Assembly: GCA_002293725.1 (NCBI GenBank)
Contig: DBDU01000023.1
Location: 2,700 to 66,699, forward strand
Direction of reading: 5' to 3'
Source of the DNA: Patescibacteria group bacterium UBA924
GTDB lineage: Bacteria > Patescibacteriota > Microgenomatia > UBA1400 > PJMF01
DNA length: 64,000 nt
Below the pieces are notes generated by a model. The model was not told the DNA's origin and did no database searches. It saw only the letters and a list, made by a program, of their open reading frames with translations. Positions 9,130 to 19,610 of this stretch are shown in pieces. Within the stretch, counting starts at the first letter, position 1. Each line of letters opens with the position of its first letter. Made by a program: the position numbers and the translations under genes.

Positions 9130-11124
9130 CTATACGTCCAAGTTCGCTAACTTGGCGTGTGATTGGATAAACTTCTTGCGTGGTGGAACGTCGTCACCCA
9201 TTAGGGTTTCGAAAGTGCGATCGGCTTTAGAGGCGTCGTCGATTGTCACTTTTTTCAACATTCTTGACTCAGGATTCATGGTTGTATCCCAAAGCTGCTC
9301 TGGATTCATCTCACCAAGACCTTTAAAGCGCTGGATGACTGGCTGCGCGTTAGGGAACTTGACTTGGATCTCTTTGACGCGGTCGTCTCGCTCTTGGTCT
9401 GAGTAAACGTAATAGCTTTCTTTACCGTAGGCCACTTTGAACAGTGGTGGCATAGCAATGTACAAGTAACCTTGTTTAATTACCTCTGGTAGGTGGCGGT
9501 AAAAGAACGTTAAGCCTAACGTAGTAATATGTTCGCCGTCGACGTCAGCATCGTTCATTAAGATCACGCGGTGATAGCGAAGTTTTTCAGGCTTGAACGT
9601 CTCGCCAATACCAGCCCCTAAAGCAATGACTAAGTTTTTCAGCTCTTCAAATGCCACGATCTTGTCCAGACGGGCCCGCTCAGTGTTTAAAATCTTGCCA
9701 CGTAATGGATAAACTGCTTGGAAGCGACGATCTCTGCCTTGTTTGACAGTTCCACCTGCTGAGTCACCCTCAACAATGTAGATCTCTGACTCGGCGGCTT
9801 CTTTGCTCTGACAGTCAGCCAGTTTTCCTGGCAAAGTTGAACCTTCTAGAGCGCCTTTACGAATAACAGCATCTTTTGCGGCGCGGGCGGCCATCCGAGC
9901 TTTGGCAGCTAACATCACCTTCTCAATTAAGATCCGGCCAGCTTTAGGATTCTCTTCCAAGAACACTTCCAAGCTGTCTTTAAAGACTGAGTAAACGGCT
10001 GACTGGGCTTCGGAGTTGTTCAGTTTGCTCTTGGTCTGCGACTCAAACTGGATGTCGTTGGAAGGCATCTTGATGAAGACCACCGCAGTTAACCCTTCAC
10101 GCAAGTCTTCAGTGGTAAACAGCTCTTTTTCTTTAGCCAGATTGTTTTTCAACGCGTAATCTTTAAGGACTTTATTCAATGCCATGCGGAAACCGGTTAA
10201 ATGAGTTCCCCCATCCGGTGTCTTGATAACGTTGGCATAACTTTCTAATTTTTCTGAGTAGCTATCGTTGAACTGTAAAGCTACCTCTACACCAATCTTT
10301 TTCTTGGTGTTCTCGTCTTGCCAAGTACCATTACTATAAATAACTTCGTGCAGCGGTTTCTTGGTAATGTTGAGGTGCTCCACTAACGAACGGATACCAC
10401 CTTCAAAGTAGTAGTGTTGATCAACCTGAGCAATACTGTCGCTGAGTTGGAAGTACAAACCAGCCATTAAGTAGGCTCGGTCACGGATGATCTCAATCAG
10501 TGTGTTGTGATTAAAGGTACACGTAGAAAAGAGTGATTTATCTGGAATGAAGTGAACAAGTGTTCCAGTCTGATATTTTACGAAATCTTTTGACTGAGTA
10601 GGAAATAGTGATTTTACTTCTGATTCTTTAATTTCCTTTACAGCATACTTTGGCTTGCCGATGCTGTACTCTTGGATGTAGTACTTTTTTTCTCGTTTAA
10701 CAATCACAGTCATGGAGATCGAGAGTGCATTCACCGCCGCAGCGCCGACACCATGTAGTCCACCAGATGCTTGGTAGGCGGTTTCTTCAAACTTACCACC
10801 AGCATGAAGTTTGGTCATGACTACTTCCAGCGCAGAAACGCCAGCTGTTGGGTGCATATCCACAGGAATACCACGGCCATTATCAACCACGGTAATTGCT
10901 CCCACGCCTGGTTCTTCCCCTTCCACCTGAGTGTGATAGAGCTGAATAACTTTACCGTAGCCGGCCAGCGCTTCGTCTACAGCGTTGTCTAAGATTTCTT
11001 TGGCTAAGTGATGCAACCCACGTGCGTCGGTTGAGCCAATATACATACCAGGTCGCTTACGAACTGGCTCTAATCCCTCGAGTACTTTGATTTCGGATGC
11101 TTTGTATTGTGTGGTGACTACCAT
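9130..11124 (-). CDS. gyrB: DNA gyrase subunit B
   Basis: VRKRPGMYIG, EILDNAVDE, GGLHGVG, EGDSAGG, PLRGKILN, DADVDG, RFKGLGEM. Confidence 0.98.
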   Translation of the reverse strand: MVVTTQYKASEIKVLEGLEPVRKRPGMYIGSTDARGLHHLAKEILDNAVDEALAGYGKVIQLYHTQVEGEEPGVGAITVVDNGRGIPVDMHPTAGVSALEVVMTKLHAGGKFEETAYQASGGLHGVGAAAVNALSISMTVIVKREKKYYIQEYSIGKPKYAVKEIKESEVKSLFPTQSKDFVKYQTGTLVHFIPDKSLFSTCTFNHNTLIEIIRDRAYLMAGLYFQLSDSIAQVDQHYYFEGGIRSLVEHLNITKKPLHEVIYSNGTWQDENTKKKIGVEVALQFNDSYSEKLESYANVIKTPDGGTHLTGFRMALNKVLKDYALKNNLAKEKELFTTEDLREGLTAVVFIKMPSNDIQFESQTKSKLNNSEAQSAVYSVFKDSLEVFLEENPKAGRILIEKVMLAAKARMAARAAKDAVIRKGALEGSTLPGKLADCQSKEAAESEIYIVEGDSAGGTVKQGRDRRFQAVYPLRGKILNTERARLDKIVAFEELKNLVIALGAGIGETFKPEKLRYHRVILMNDADVDGEHITTLGLTFFYRHLPEVIKQGYLYIAMPPLFKVAYGKESYYVYSDQERDDRVKEIQVKFPNAQPVIQRFKGLGEMNPEQLWDTTMNPESRMLKKVTIDDASKADRTFETLMGDDVPPRKKFIQSHAKLANLDV

Positions 11125-11217
11125 AATCTTAGTGAGCCCCTATAAGGCGGTAAAATCGTCCTAAAAGTATATCAAATGACGATCAGTACCATTCAGAGCA
11201 CTCACTTATATCTCGTT

Positions 11218-11949
11218 TTAAGCATTTTGTCCAGAGAGTTCCCCATTACTAAATTGAAGCAAAAAGTCTTCAATGGCTAAGCGGGCATTGACGTTCTTTT
11301 CTAGCCGTTGAGTGGTAAGTAAGGCCTGTTTTAGCCAGGTAACCTGATGAGCTGTGGGTTGAGTTTGGAGAAGCTGGTGCAGCATAATTGTGATATCTCG
11401 CATTAACTTCAAGGCCTGGTCTCGTTCTTTATACTGTTCAGAAATCTTAAATATCTCGGTAAAAAGTAACTGTCTGGTTGGGTATTCTTTGATTACACTA
11501 GATATTTTTTGATCATGTTCTATTCCGTTCTGTTCAATCAAATTTTTATCAGCAAGTAAAGAAATAATCTGGCTACGTGACTGGACTGTCTCTAAAATTA
11601 ATGGCAATCGATGCGTAGTGAGAAGAATCTGAACATGTGCTGGGGGTTCTTCTAACAGTTTAAGAAGTGAGTTTTGAGCTGGAATAGATGCACTATCCAA
11701 GTTAAAAAGCACAATTAAGCGTCGGTCATGTTGTAGAGGTGCTTGGAGTACTTCTACCTGTAGCTGGCGAACGCGTTCTATAGGCAAGGGTGTAATCGTG
11801 TTCTCGCTGACGTCTCCGTTTACTAACGTTAGATCAGCTGAAGAAAAAAGCGGACGCAAGCGTAAGTCAACTTCATTCTGCAGCCACTCTAACTGCTGTT
11901 GCAGATCAAGTGCCGAGGGAAAAACGTAGAGTTGGGTAAACAGAGCCAT
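11218..11949 (-). CDS. holB: DNA polymerase III delta' subunit-like
   Basis: AQNSLLKLLEEPP, ILETVQSR. Confidence 0.85.
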   Translation of the reverse strand: MALFTQLYVFPSALDLQQQLEWLQNEVDLRLRPLFSSADLTLVNGDVSENTITPLPIERVRQLQVEVLQAPLQHDRRLIVLFNLDSASIPAQNSLLKLLEEPPAHVQILLTTHRLPLILETVQSRSQIISLLADKNLIEQNGIEHDQKISSVIKEYPTRQLLFTEIFKISEQYKERDQALKLMRDITIMLHQLLQTQPTAHQVTWLKQALLTTQRLEKNVNARLAIEDFLLQFSNGELSGQNA

Positions 11950-12043
11950 ATGTGACCATTATACGGCTGTAGAGCTGATCTGCAGGCTCGCAACTTCCCT
12001 TGCATCTCGACTGCCACTGTGTCACCATTAAGTGGCTTGCCCT

Positions 12044-14119
12044 ATGTCTGATCAATCGACGTTGCCCACTAGTACTGATTCGGCAAAACCACTTGCCGTT
12101 CCTCAAGCAGCTCCTCCCAAAATTGAGCATGTTGGTGATGCTGAAGCGACCGAAGTAAGTGGTGACTCCGCTACTCCTTCTTCTTCTCCTCCAGTGATCA
12201 ACGTGGATACTTCAGCCGATTTACAAAGCGTGGCCGCTAACCTAGCCGAGAGTGCAACTGGCCAACCTGCTGCTCCGCTTCCGCCAACTGATTCTTCCGT
12301 ACCCACTCCTCCTTCTCCCTCTGTTCCTGAACCCACTTCTACGCCTCCTGGCATGGGAGCTGCTGCGTTGTCAGGAGTGCCAAGCTCTTCGGGCGCTACG
12401 TTGGTGGCGACACTGATTCAAAAGGGATACATCACAAACGAACAGTATCAAGATTTGCTCATTGAACAAGCAAGTTCAGGGAAAAGTATCGAAACATTAA
12501 TCGAAGAGAAGCAGTTGGTCAAAGAGTCAGACATGACGAAGGCCAAGGCGGCTTTCTACAACTTGCCATTTATTAACCTTGCTGAAACGGGCGCCTCACC
12601 TGAGGCCATTAGCCAAATACCTGAAAGCGTAGCGCGGCGTTACCAAATCTTGCCGTTCGCAATTGATAAAGAACATCAACAGCTGTCAGTGGTAATGAAG
12701 AACCCACTGGATCTTTCAGCTATTGATTTTGTGGAGAAGAAAACTGGGTACAAGCTCCTTCCCCACTTTGCTTCACCAAGTGAAATTGAGCGGATGATTG
12801 CGGAACGGTATGCCCAGAGCTTATCCAGTGAAGTGAATGCTGCCTTAAAAGAAACTAGCCAGTCTGCAGCCCCAGTCCGTGAGAGCGCTAACGCCGTCTT
12901 CTCTCGGGAAGTAGTCCGAGAAGCACCTATTACCAAAATTGTCGAAACAATCTTGGGTTTTGCGGTCAAGTCACGCGCCTCTGACGTCCATATTGAGCCT
13001 CAAGAAGACCGAACTCGGGTGCGTTATCGTATCGACGGTATTTTGACTGAGCGCTTGATTTTGCCTCGAACGGTACATGAAGCAGTCATCTCACGTATCA
13101 AGATTCTGTCTGACATGAAGATTGACGAGAAACGTGTTCCGCAAGATGGTCGTTTTACCTTTATGGCTGAAGGCCAAGAAGTCGACTTGCGTGTTTCGAG
13201 TTTGCCAACTGCCTTTGGTGAGAAGATCGTGATGCGTTTACTAAAGAAGAACGCGACGGTCCCTACGTTGGGTGAGTTAGGACTTTCCGATCGAGCGCTG
13301 AAAACAGTAGAGACAGCTATCAAGATTCCACACGGAATTGTGTTGGTTACTGGTCCGACGGGCTCTGGAAAAACCACTACGCTCTACTCGATCTTACACA
13401 AAGTTAACACGCCAAAAGTAAACATCGTTACTTTGGAAGATCCTATCGAGTATCAGATGCAGGGTGTTAACCAAGTACAGATCAACCCACAGGTAGGATT
13501 AACGTTTGCTTCTGGGTTGCGCTCCTTGCTGCGGCAAGACCCCAACATCATCATGGTCGGAGAAATTCGTGACACTGAGACAGCAGCATTGGCTGTGCAA
13601 GCATCACTGACAGGTCACTTAGTCTTCTCTACTTTACATACCAACTCGGCAGCCGGTGCTCTCCCTCGTTTGTTAGACATGGAAGTCGAGCCATTCCTGC
13701 TTGCTTCGAGTTTGACTTTAGTGATCGGTCAGCGTGTGTTGCGTAAGATCAACCAAGAGTATCGTGAGGAGTACACTCCGGAGCCCAGCGTTGCTGAAGA
13801 TATTAAGCAAGTACTGGGACCACTCTATAAACAGTGGTGTGTGCAGAACAACAAAGATCCCGACAAAATGGTGCTCTATCGAGCAACGCAAAATCGTCCA
13901 GAGAACCAACCAGAGTACTTAGGTCGTATCGCTATTTTTGAGGTGTTACCAGTTACCGAAGAAATCAGTAGAATGATTCTAGAGCGAAAGTCTGCGAAAG
14001 AGATTGAAGATATATCGATTCAAAAAAATGGCATGTTGTTAATGAAACAAGATGGATATATCAAGGTTTTAGAAGGTATTACCACAATCGAGGAAGTGCT
14101 CCGTGTGGCCGAGGTCTAA
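12044..14119 (+). CDS. pilB: Type IV pilus assembly ATPase PilB/GspE
   Basis: ASDVHIEP, PQDGR, GPTGSGKTTT, EDPIEY, RQDPNIIMVGEIRD; disordered P/S-rich N-terminus; ATG 12044 preferred over GTG 12032. Confidence 0.95.
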   Translation: MSDQSTLPTSTDSAKPLAVPQAAPPKIEHVGDAEATEVSGDSATPSSSPPVINVDTSADLQSVAANLAESATGQPAAPLPPTDSSVPTPPSPSVPEPTSTPPGMGAAALSGVPSSSGATLVATLIQKGYITNEQYQDLLIEQASSGKSIETLIEEKQLVKESDMTKAKAAFYNLPFINLAETGASPEAISQIPESVARRYQILPFAIDKEHQQLSVVMKNPLDLSAIDFVEKKTGYKLLPHFASPSEIERMIAERYAQSLSSEVNAALKETSQSAAPVRESANAVFSREVVREAPITKIVETILGFAVKSRASDVHIEPQEDRTRVRYRIDGILTERLILPRTVHEAVISRIKILSDMKIDEKRVPQDGRFTFMAEGQEVDLRVSSLPTAFGEKIVMRLLKKNATVPTLGELGLSDRALKTVETAIKIPHGIVLVTGPTGSGKTTTLYSILHKVNTPKVNIVTLEDPIEYQMQGVNQVQINPQVGLTFASGLRSLLRQDPNIIMVGEIRDTETAALAVQASLTGHLVFSTLHTNSAAGALPRLLDMEVEPFLLASSLTLVIGQRVLRKINQEYREEYTPEPSVAEDIKQVLGPLYKQWCVQNNKDPDKMVLYRATQNRPENQPEYLGRIAIFEVLPVTEEISRMILERKSAKEIEDISIQKNGMLLMKQDGYIKVLEGITTIEEVLRVAEV

Positions 14120-14122
14120 GAT

Positions 14123-15199
14123 ATGAACATACATGACATGTTGCAGATGCTGATCGACCGCAATGGTTCAGACCTTCACATTGTGGTGGGCTCGCCACCA
14201 ATGCTGCGAGTAGATGGTGCCTTAATGCCAATTGATGGTGCGCCTATCTTAAAGCGTGAGCACGCTGAGCTGTTGGTCTTCCCCATCATGTCCCAGGAAC
14301 AGAAAGACTATGTCACCGTCAACAAAGAAGTTGACTTTGGCTATCAGTTTAAAGATTTGGGACGTTTCCGGGTCAACGTTTACTTCCAACAAAACTCAAT
14401 CTCCGCCGCTTTACGTTTGATTCCAACCAAAATTCGCACCCTCGACGAGCTGCAACTTCCTTCGATCTTGCATAACTTTACTCAGCTGCGTCAGGGCTTA
14501 GTCTTATTGACCGGGCCAACTGGTGAAGGAAAGTCCACTACTTTAGCTGCCATGATTGAAGAAATTAACTTGACTCGCTCAGATCATATTTTGACGATTG
14601 AAGATCCCATTGAGTTCGTGCACCAGCCTCAAAAGAGTGTCATTTCCCAGCGCGAGCTTCACCAAGATACCCATGGTTGGGAGATCGCTTTACGATCTGC
14701 TTTACGTGAAGATCCCGACGTGGTGTTGGTCGGTGAGATGCGTGACTACGAAACAATCGCGGCTGCCATTACCGTGGCTGAAACAGGTCACTTAGTTTTT
14801 GCCACCTTGCATACCAATAATGCAGCCCAAACAGTTGACCGTATCATTGACGTCTTCCCGGAGCATCAACAGGCCCAAGTCCGACAGCAAGTGGCTTCTT
14901 CTCTCCAGGCTGTTGTCTCTCAGCGCTTAGTGCCAATGAATGGTGGTGGCCGAGTGGCCGCAGTTGAAGTGATGGTGGCAACGGGTGCGATTCGCAACTT
15001 AATTCGTGAGGGAAAGACATTCCAAATTGATAACGTTATTCAAACTTCTTCTGAATCTGGGATGATGTTACTAGAGACGAGTTTGGCTGAGTGGGTTCAG
15101 CGTGGCGCACTCTCTTGGGAGCGGGCCCGTGAGTACGCACTTCGCCCTGAAGAGTTTGACCGCATTTCTGGCGGTAACAAAACTCAAGGAGCAGTGTAA
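14123..15199 (+). CDS. pilT: Type IV pilus retraction ATPase PilT
   Basis: GSDLH, GPTGEGKSTT, REDPDVVLVGEMRD, AIRNLIRE motif. Confidence 0.96.
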   Translation: MNIHDMLQMLIDRNGSDLHIVVGSPPMLRVDGALMPIDGAPILKREHAELLVFPIMSQEQKDYVTVNKEVDFGYQFKDLGRFRVNVYFQQNSISAALRLIPTKIRTLDELQLPSILHNFTQLRQGLVLLTGPTGEGKSTTLAAMIEEINLTRSDHILTIEDPIEFVHQPQKSVISQRELHQDTHGWEIALRSALREDPDVVLVGEMRDYETIAAAITVAETGHLVFATLHTNNAAQTVDRIIDVFPEHQQAQVRQQVASSLQAVVSQRLVPMNGGGRVAAVEVMVATGAIRNLIREGKTFQIDNVIQTSSESGMMLLETSLAEWVQRGALSWERAREYALRPEEFDRISGGNKTQGAV

Positions 15200-16401
15200 T
15201 GGCAATCTTTCAGTACACAGTGAAGAACGAGCATGGCGAGACCATTCGTGGCCGTGTGGAAGCTCAGACCAAAGAGCAAGCGTCAGGCATTTTACGGAAT
15301 CGTTCTTTATTGGTCATTTCGTTAAAGCCCCAAAGCGAGACTCCTTTTAGCTCCATTAACTCGTTGTTATTTGGAATCAAAAATGACGAAGTGGTGGGTT
15401 TTACTCGTCAGCTTTCTACCATGGTTACTGCTGGACTGACGCTGTCCGAGTCGCTCCATATCTTGCAGCAACAGAGTAAGCCAGCGATGGAACGAATGAT
15501 TGGTTCACTGTTGCGAGAGATTGAAGGTGGATCTACCTTCGCTAAGGCGTTGCAAAGTCAAGGAAAAGTCTTCTCGCCTGTGTACATTCAGTTGGTTAGA
15601 GCGGGTGAGACAGCCGGTATGTTGGATACGGTCTTGCTGCGTTTAGCAGACACGATGGAGAAACAGCGCGAGTTTGCCGGAAAAGTACGTGGGGCATTGA
15701 TCTATCCCATCATCGTTATCATTGCCATGATTATCGTGGCATTTGTGATGATGGTGTTTGTGATTCCAAAGTTAACGCAAATGTACAAAGAGTTAGGGGC
15801 TCAGCTGCCGTTAATTACTCAACTACTGATCGATGTCTCAGACTTTATGGCGGCCTATTGGTGGCTAATTGTAATTATGGTCATTATTGGCGGCTTTGCC
15901 TTTCGTGCTTGGCATGCCACCGAAAAGGGTCGGCGGTCCTTCGATCGTTTCCTCTTGAAAGTGCCCGTTCTGGGTTTGCTACGTCAAAAAGTTATCCTAA
16001 CCGAGTTCTGTCGAACGATGAGCTTACTGCTCAGCGCTGGTATCTCTGTCTTACAAGCACTGGAAATTCTGACCGACGCTCAAGACAACATGCTCTATCA
16101 CGATGCTTTGGCTGTAGCCACTGACCAAGTAGAAAAAGGTGTGCCACTGTCGCAAACGATTAGTAAGTACGACTTCTTCCCACCAATTGTTTCACAAATG
16201 ATTGGTGTGGGTGAGGAAACGGGAAAAGTTGATGAAGTGCTCTTGAAGCTATCAGTCTACTTTGAGTCCGAGAGTGAGCAAGAAGTTCGCAACCTAACGT
16301 CAGCCTTCGAGCCAATGATTATGATCATTCTTGGTTTGGGTGTGGGTGTGTTGGTAATTGCGATCATCATGCCAATTTACAATATCACCAGTAACTTCTA
16401 A
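15199..16401 (+). CDS. pilC: Type IV pilus platform protein PilC/GspF
   Basis: FTRQLSTMVTAG, GETAG, ALIYP, GEETG, EPMIMI; two T2SSF domains. Confidence 0.95.
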   Translation: MAIFQYTVKNEHGETIRGRVEAQTKEQASGILRNRSLLVISLKPQSETPFSSINSLLFGIKNDEVVGFTRQLSTMVTAGLTLSESLHILQQQSKPAMERMIGSLLREIEGGSTFAKALQSQGKVFSPVYIQLVRAGETAGMLDTVLLRLADTMEKQREFAGKVRGALIYPIIVIIAMIIVAFVMMVFVIPKLTQMYKELGAQLPLITQLLIDVSDFMAAYWWLIVIMVIIGGFAFRAWHATEKGRRSFDRFLLKVPVLGLLRQKVILTEFCRTMSLLLSAGISVLQALEILTDAQDNMLYHDALAVATDQVEKGVPLSQTISKYDFFPPIVSQMIGVGEETGKVDEVLLKLSVYFESESEQEVRNLTSAFEPMIMIILGLGVGVLVIAIIMPIYNITSNF

Positions 16402-16410
16402 GCTAAGCAG

Positions 16411-17229
16411 GTGATATCACCAGCATTTCTTTTGTTCAGCATAGCGCTGTTTTGGTTGGGTGCTGCCATTGGCAGTTTTTTAAACGTGGTGATTTATCGA
16501 ACTGTTCACGGCGAGTCTTGGGTCAAAGGACGCTCTAAGTGTGAGAGCTGCTTGAAACAGTTAAAGTGGTACGACAACATTCCTCTTCTTTCCTACTTCA
16601 TGATTCGCGGCAAGTGCCGGTACTGCAAAACACAGCTGTCACTCTCTCACCCAGTGATTGAGTTGATGACAGGGACTTTATTTGTCTGGTGGTTCTGGAT
16701 GGGCTCAATCTTCTTCCGTTTAACGTTGCATCCGTTCAGTGTGATTCAGCCAATGTTTTGGTTATTGGTAGGATTGTGCCTGTTGGTCGTCTTTTTTGCT
16801 GATTTGCGGTACATGATTATCCCTGATGAAGCAATTGTTACCTTAACCTTTATCACCCTCCTCTATCGGATTACCTTAACCTTGGCTGGAGTAATGCAGC
16901 CTATCGACTTCGTACGAACTATTTTAGGGACCTTAATCATAACCAGTTTCTTTTTCTTACTCTGGAAGCTCACGAATGGGAAAGGATTTGGATTCGGTGA
17001 TGTCAAGTTTGCTATACCGTTTGGACTGCTTCTCGGCTGGCCAAATGTCTTTATTGGAACTTTCTTAGCGTTTGTCTTCGGCGCTATTGTCGGAGTTGGT
17101 TTGTTACTGGGAAAGAAGAAGTCTTTTGGCCAGGCACTTCCGTTTGGACCTTTCCTGGTTATAAGCACAGTTGTTACACTAGTATGTGGAAACTATATTT
17201 GGCAGTGGTACGCTCAGTTTTTATACTAG
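16411..17229 (+). CDS. pilD: Prepilin peptidase
   Basis: GSFLNVVIYR, CxxC..CxxC, GFGDVK, PFGPFL. Confidence 0.95.
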   Translation: MISPAFLLFSIALFWLGAAIGSFLNVVIYRTVHGESWVKGRSKCESCLKQLKWYDNIPLLSYFMIRGKCRYCKTQLSLSHPVIELMTGTLFVWWFWMGSIFFRLTLHPFSVIQPMFWLLVGLCLLVVFFADLRYMIIPDEAIVTLTFITLLYRITLTLAGVMQPIDFVRTILGTLIITSFFFLLWKLTNGKGFGFGDVKFAIPFGLLLGWPNVFIGTFLAFVFGAIVGVGLLLGKKKSFGQALPFGPFLVISTVVTLVCGNYIWQWYAQFLY

Positions 17230-17265
17230 GGACAAACGTACTCGCTACCTCTATCGCTCTGCCCT

Positions 17266-18177
17266 ATGCGTGTTATTAGCTTTCTGTTCACTTCTATTTT
17301 AATTCTGGCCATAGTCGGCGGTGGCGCTGCTCTCTTGGCTCGAGAACTGCTACTCCTCGCTGGTGCGTCTTCAATTCGGAGTTCCCTCAGCGTGCTGCAT
17401 CGACTCTCTCGAGATAACTTGCAGTATGCCCGCCAATGTCGTGAGCGCGGCGGAATTACTACTGATGTAGCGACAATTGGTGCACTGCAACTTCGTTTCT
17501 TAAACAATCGTGAGTATGTGTTGGAAGTTGTCTGTAATCAATTTCAATCTGATCCAATCTTAATTGAGAAGTACTCTTTGCCTCTTCTTGTGATAAAAAA
17601 TGCTGGAAGCAGCGGCATTATTTGGGGAAACGATCGGAGTGCAGTTGAGATTGAGGTGTTTGGTCGTAAGCAAGTTGTGGGAGTTGAGAATGAAGAGATC
17701 GAAAACTTTGCAGCCGGAAGTGTAAACCTCGGCCTCACTCCCATTTCTACGTGTTCCGGGTATGGCTTCCAATGTTGTCAGCAAGAAACTGAAAGTGGTG
17801 TTGGGCAGCCTTTTTCAGGTGTAAACGACTGTCCAAAAACTTGTTTTAGTAGCTGTCAGCCGCGGCCCATCTTTTTATCGCTGAACACAGATCCTTTCTT
17901 TGACGAGATTACGCGTACTGTGACGGTCACTCCGGGAGAGCCGGTTACCTTTAGTTATGTGGCTTCTTATGAGCCGAAAGAACCAGTTACAGTCACAATG
18001 GACTTTGGCGATGGACAGACGGAAACTTTTGCCACGTTAACTGGAAAGGCATCTCATCAGTATGTTTGCCCCAATGGTGGCTGTAGCTATACGGTAAAAA
18101 TGACCGCACGCGCTGCCAGTGGGATTGAAGCAGCCCTGACACCAATTATGCAATTAAAGGTGGAAATTTCCCGATAA
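17266..18177 (+). CDS. Membrane-anchored Cys-rich protein with C-terminal PKD domain
   Basis: N-terminal TM, central Cys cluster, MDFGDG..SHQY..YTVKMTA PKD signature. Confidence 0.75.
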   Translation: MRVISFLFTSILILAIVGGGAALLARELLLLAGASSIRSSLSVLHRLSRDNLQYARQCRERGGITTDVATIGALQLRFLNNREYVLEVVCNQFQSDPILIEKYSLPLLVIKNAGSSGIIWGNDRSAVEIEVFGRKQVVGVENEEIENFAAGSVNLGLTPISTCSGYGFQCCQQETESGVGQPFSGVNDCPKTCFSSCQPRPIFLSLNTDPFFDEITRTVTVTPGEPVTFSYVASYEPKEPVTVTMDFGDGQTETFATLTGKASHQYVCPNGGCSYTVKMTARAASGIEAALTPIMQLKVEISR

Positions 18178-18190
18178 AAGCAAGCTGGCC

Positions 18191-18272
18191 TTTACAACAT
18201 TTTTTATTGTGTCTACTATAGAGAAGTACAGTCTTTGTACATACCAAAAGACACATCATAACAACTAGGAGG
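18191..18272 (+). promoter_or_regulatory. Sigma70-type promoter and strong RBS for the first pilin
   Basis: TTTACA-N17-TACTAT (18191-18219); AGGAGG at 18267-18272. Confidence 0.6.
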
Positions 18273-18279
18273 ACATGGT

Positions 18280-18705
18280 ATGCCCATCTCGTTAAAAAAA
18301 GCAGGTTTTACTCTGATTGAGTTAATGGTCGTCGTTGCGATCATTGGTATCTTAATGGCCGCTGGTATCTTGGCATTTAGTAATGCACAGCAAAACGCTC
18401 GTGACTCTCGCCGCCGTGCAGATATTGATGCTATCTCTAAAGCACTTGAGCAGTACTATGCCAATAACTCAAGCAGCTATCCAGCTACCGCTGGCGCTAT
18501 TAACTCCTACTTCCCAGCAGGAGTCTCTCCATCAGATCCACAAGGCGGAGCGTATGACATGAGTCTTTCTACTTCAGCCTACTGTGTCTGTGCTGAGTTG
18601 GAAAAAGCTGACCGTGGAAACGCAACTGCTGTAGGAACAGCTGGTGTATGTACCTATGGTACCGGTAGTGGCGCAGACTACTTCTGTGCTTCACAGCGCC
18701 AATAA
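18280..18705 (+). CDS. Type IV pilin, probable major pilin
   Basis: G|FTLIELMVVV class III signal; own promoter and RBS; downstream stem-loop. Confidence 0.92.
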   Translation: MPISLKKAGFTLIELMVVVAIIGILMAAGILAFSNAQQNARDSRRRADIDAISKALEQYYANNSSSYPATAGAINSYFPAGVSPSDPQGGAYDMSLSTSAYCVCAELEKADRGNATAVGTAGVCTYGTGSGADYFCASQRQ

Positions 18706-18718
18706 ATACAAAACAACA

Positions 18719-18750
18719 TTTCCTGGCCTGGTGTGAACCAGGCTGGGAAA
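18719..18750 (+). promoter_or_regulatory. 14-bp stem-loop with GNRA loop between pilin 1 and pilin 2
   Basis: TTTCCTGGCCTGGT-GTGA-ACCAGGCTGGGAAA; no U-tract on the plus strand. Confidence 0.6.
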
Positions 18751-18763
18751 AGAAAAGACACCA

Positions 18764-19201
18764 ATGTTTCACCCAGCCCATAAAAAATCCTTAGGTTTCA
18801 CTCTGATTGAGTTAATGGTTGTTGTGTCGATCATTGGTGTTTTAATGGCTGCTGGCATCTTGGCATTTAGTAATGCCCAGCAAAATGCTCGTGATGCAAA
18901 ACGTCGTGCTGACGTTGATGCAATTGGTAAAGCTCTGGAACAGTACTACTCCGATAGTTCTCAATACCCCACTACAGCGACTGATATTGACAGCTACTTC
19001 CCTGCGGGAGATACGCCTGTTGATCCACAAGGAGCTGCGTACGATATCAAACTCTCATCGGGTGGAGATGCGTACTGTGTCTGTGCTGAGTTAGAGAAAG
19101 TTGATCGTGGAAATGCTACCGCAGTCGGTAACGTTTCAGGTGTATGTTCTTACGGAACTGGGAGTGGTGCAGACTTCTTCTGTACCTCCCAAAGACAGTA
19201 G
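18764..19201 (+). CDS. Type IV pilin, close paralogue of 18280..18705
   Basis: G|FTLIELM; shared AYCVCAELEKxDRGNATAVG...FCxSQRQ. Confidence 0.92.
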   Translation: MFHPAHKKSLGFTLIELMVVVSIIGVLMAAGILAFSNAQQNARDAKRRADVDAIGKALEQYYSDSSQYPTTATDIDSYFPAGDTPVDPQGAAYDIKLSSGGDAYCVCAELEKVDRGNATAVGNVSGVCSYGTGSGADFFCTSQRQ

Positions 19202-19204
19202 TCT

Positions 19205-19588
19205 ATGAGACAAGATACTCGATCGCGTTTCGGCTTCACAATGATTGAAATTTTGGTCGTGGTGGCGATTATCGCGTTGTTAACAACAATCGGAATCATC
19301 AGTTATACGGCTACTAATCGCCGAGCCCGGGACGGTAAGCGTCGTGCTGATTTAGAGCAGATTCGCTCTGCGTTAGTTCTCTATCGGACAGACAATGGTG
19401 AGTACCCAGAATCACTTGACTGGGACACGATGGCACCTATCTCAACCTACATTAGTGGAACAGCGATTCGTGATCCGCTTGATAGCCCTTATCCGCCATA
19501 CGACTACACCTCTGATAGCAGTACTTTCACCGTTTGTGCTACGCTAGAGTCAACAACACCGTCAGTGTATTGTCTGTCTAATCCATAG
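19205..19588 (+). CDS. Type IV pilin (GspG-like)
   Basis: G|FTMIEIL, ARDGKRRADLEQIRSALVLY. Confidence 0.9.
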   Translation: MRQDTRSRFGFTMIEILVVVAIIALLTTIGIISYTATNRRARDGKRRADLEQIRSALVLYRTDNGEYPESLDWDTMAPISTYISGTAIRDPLDSPYPPYDYTSDSSTFTVCATLESTTPSVYCLSNP

Positions 19589-19610
19589 CCAGAACGTTAA
19601 GAAACAGCTC

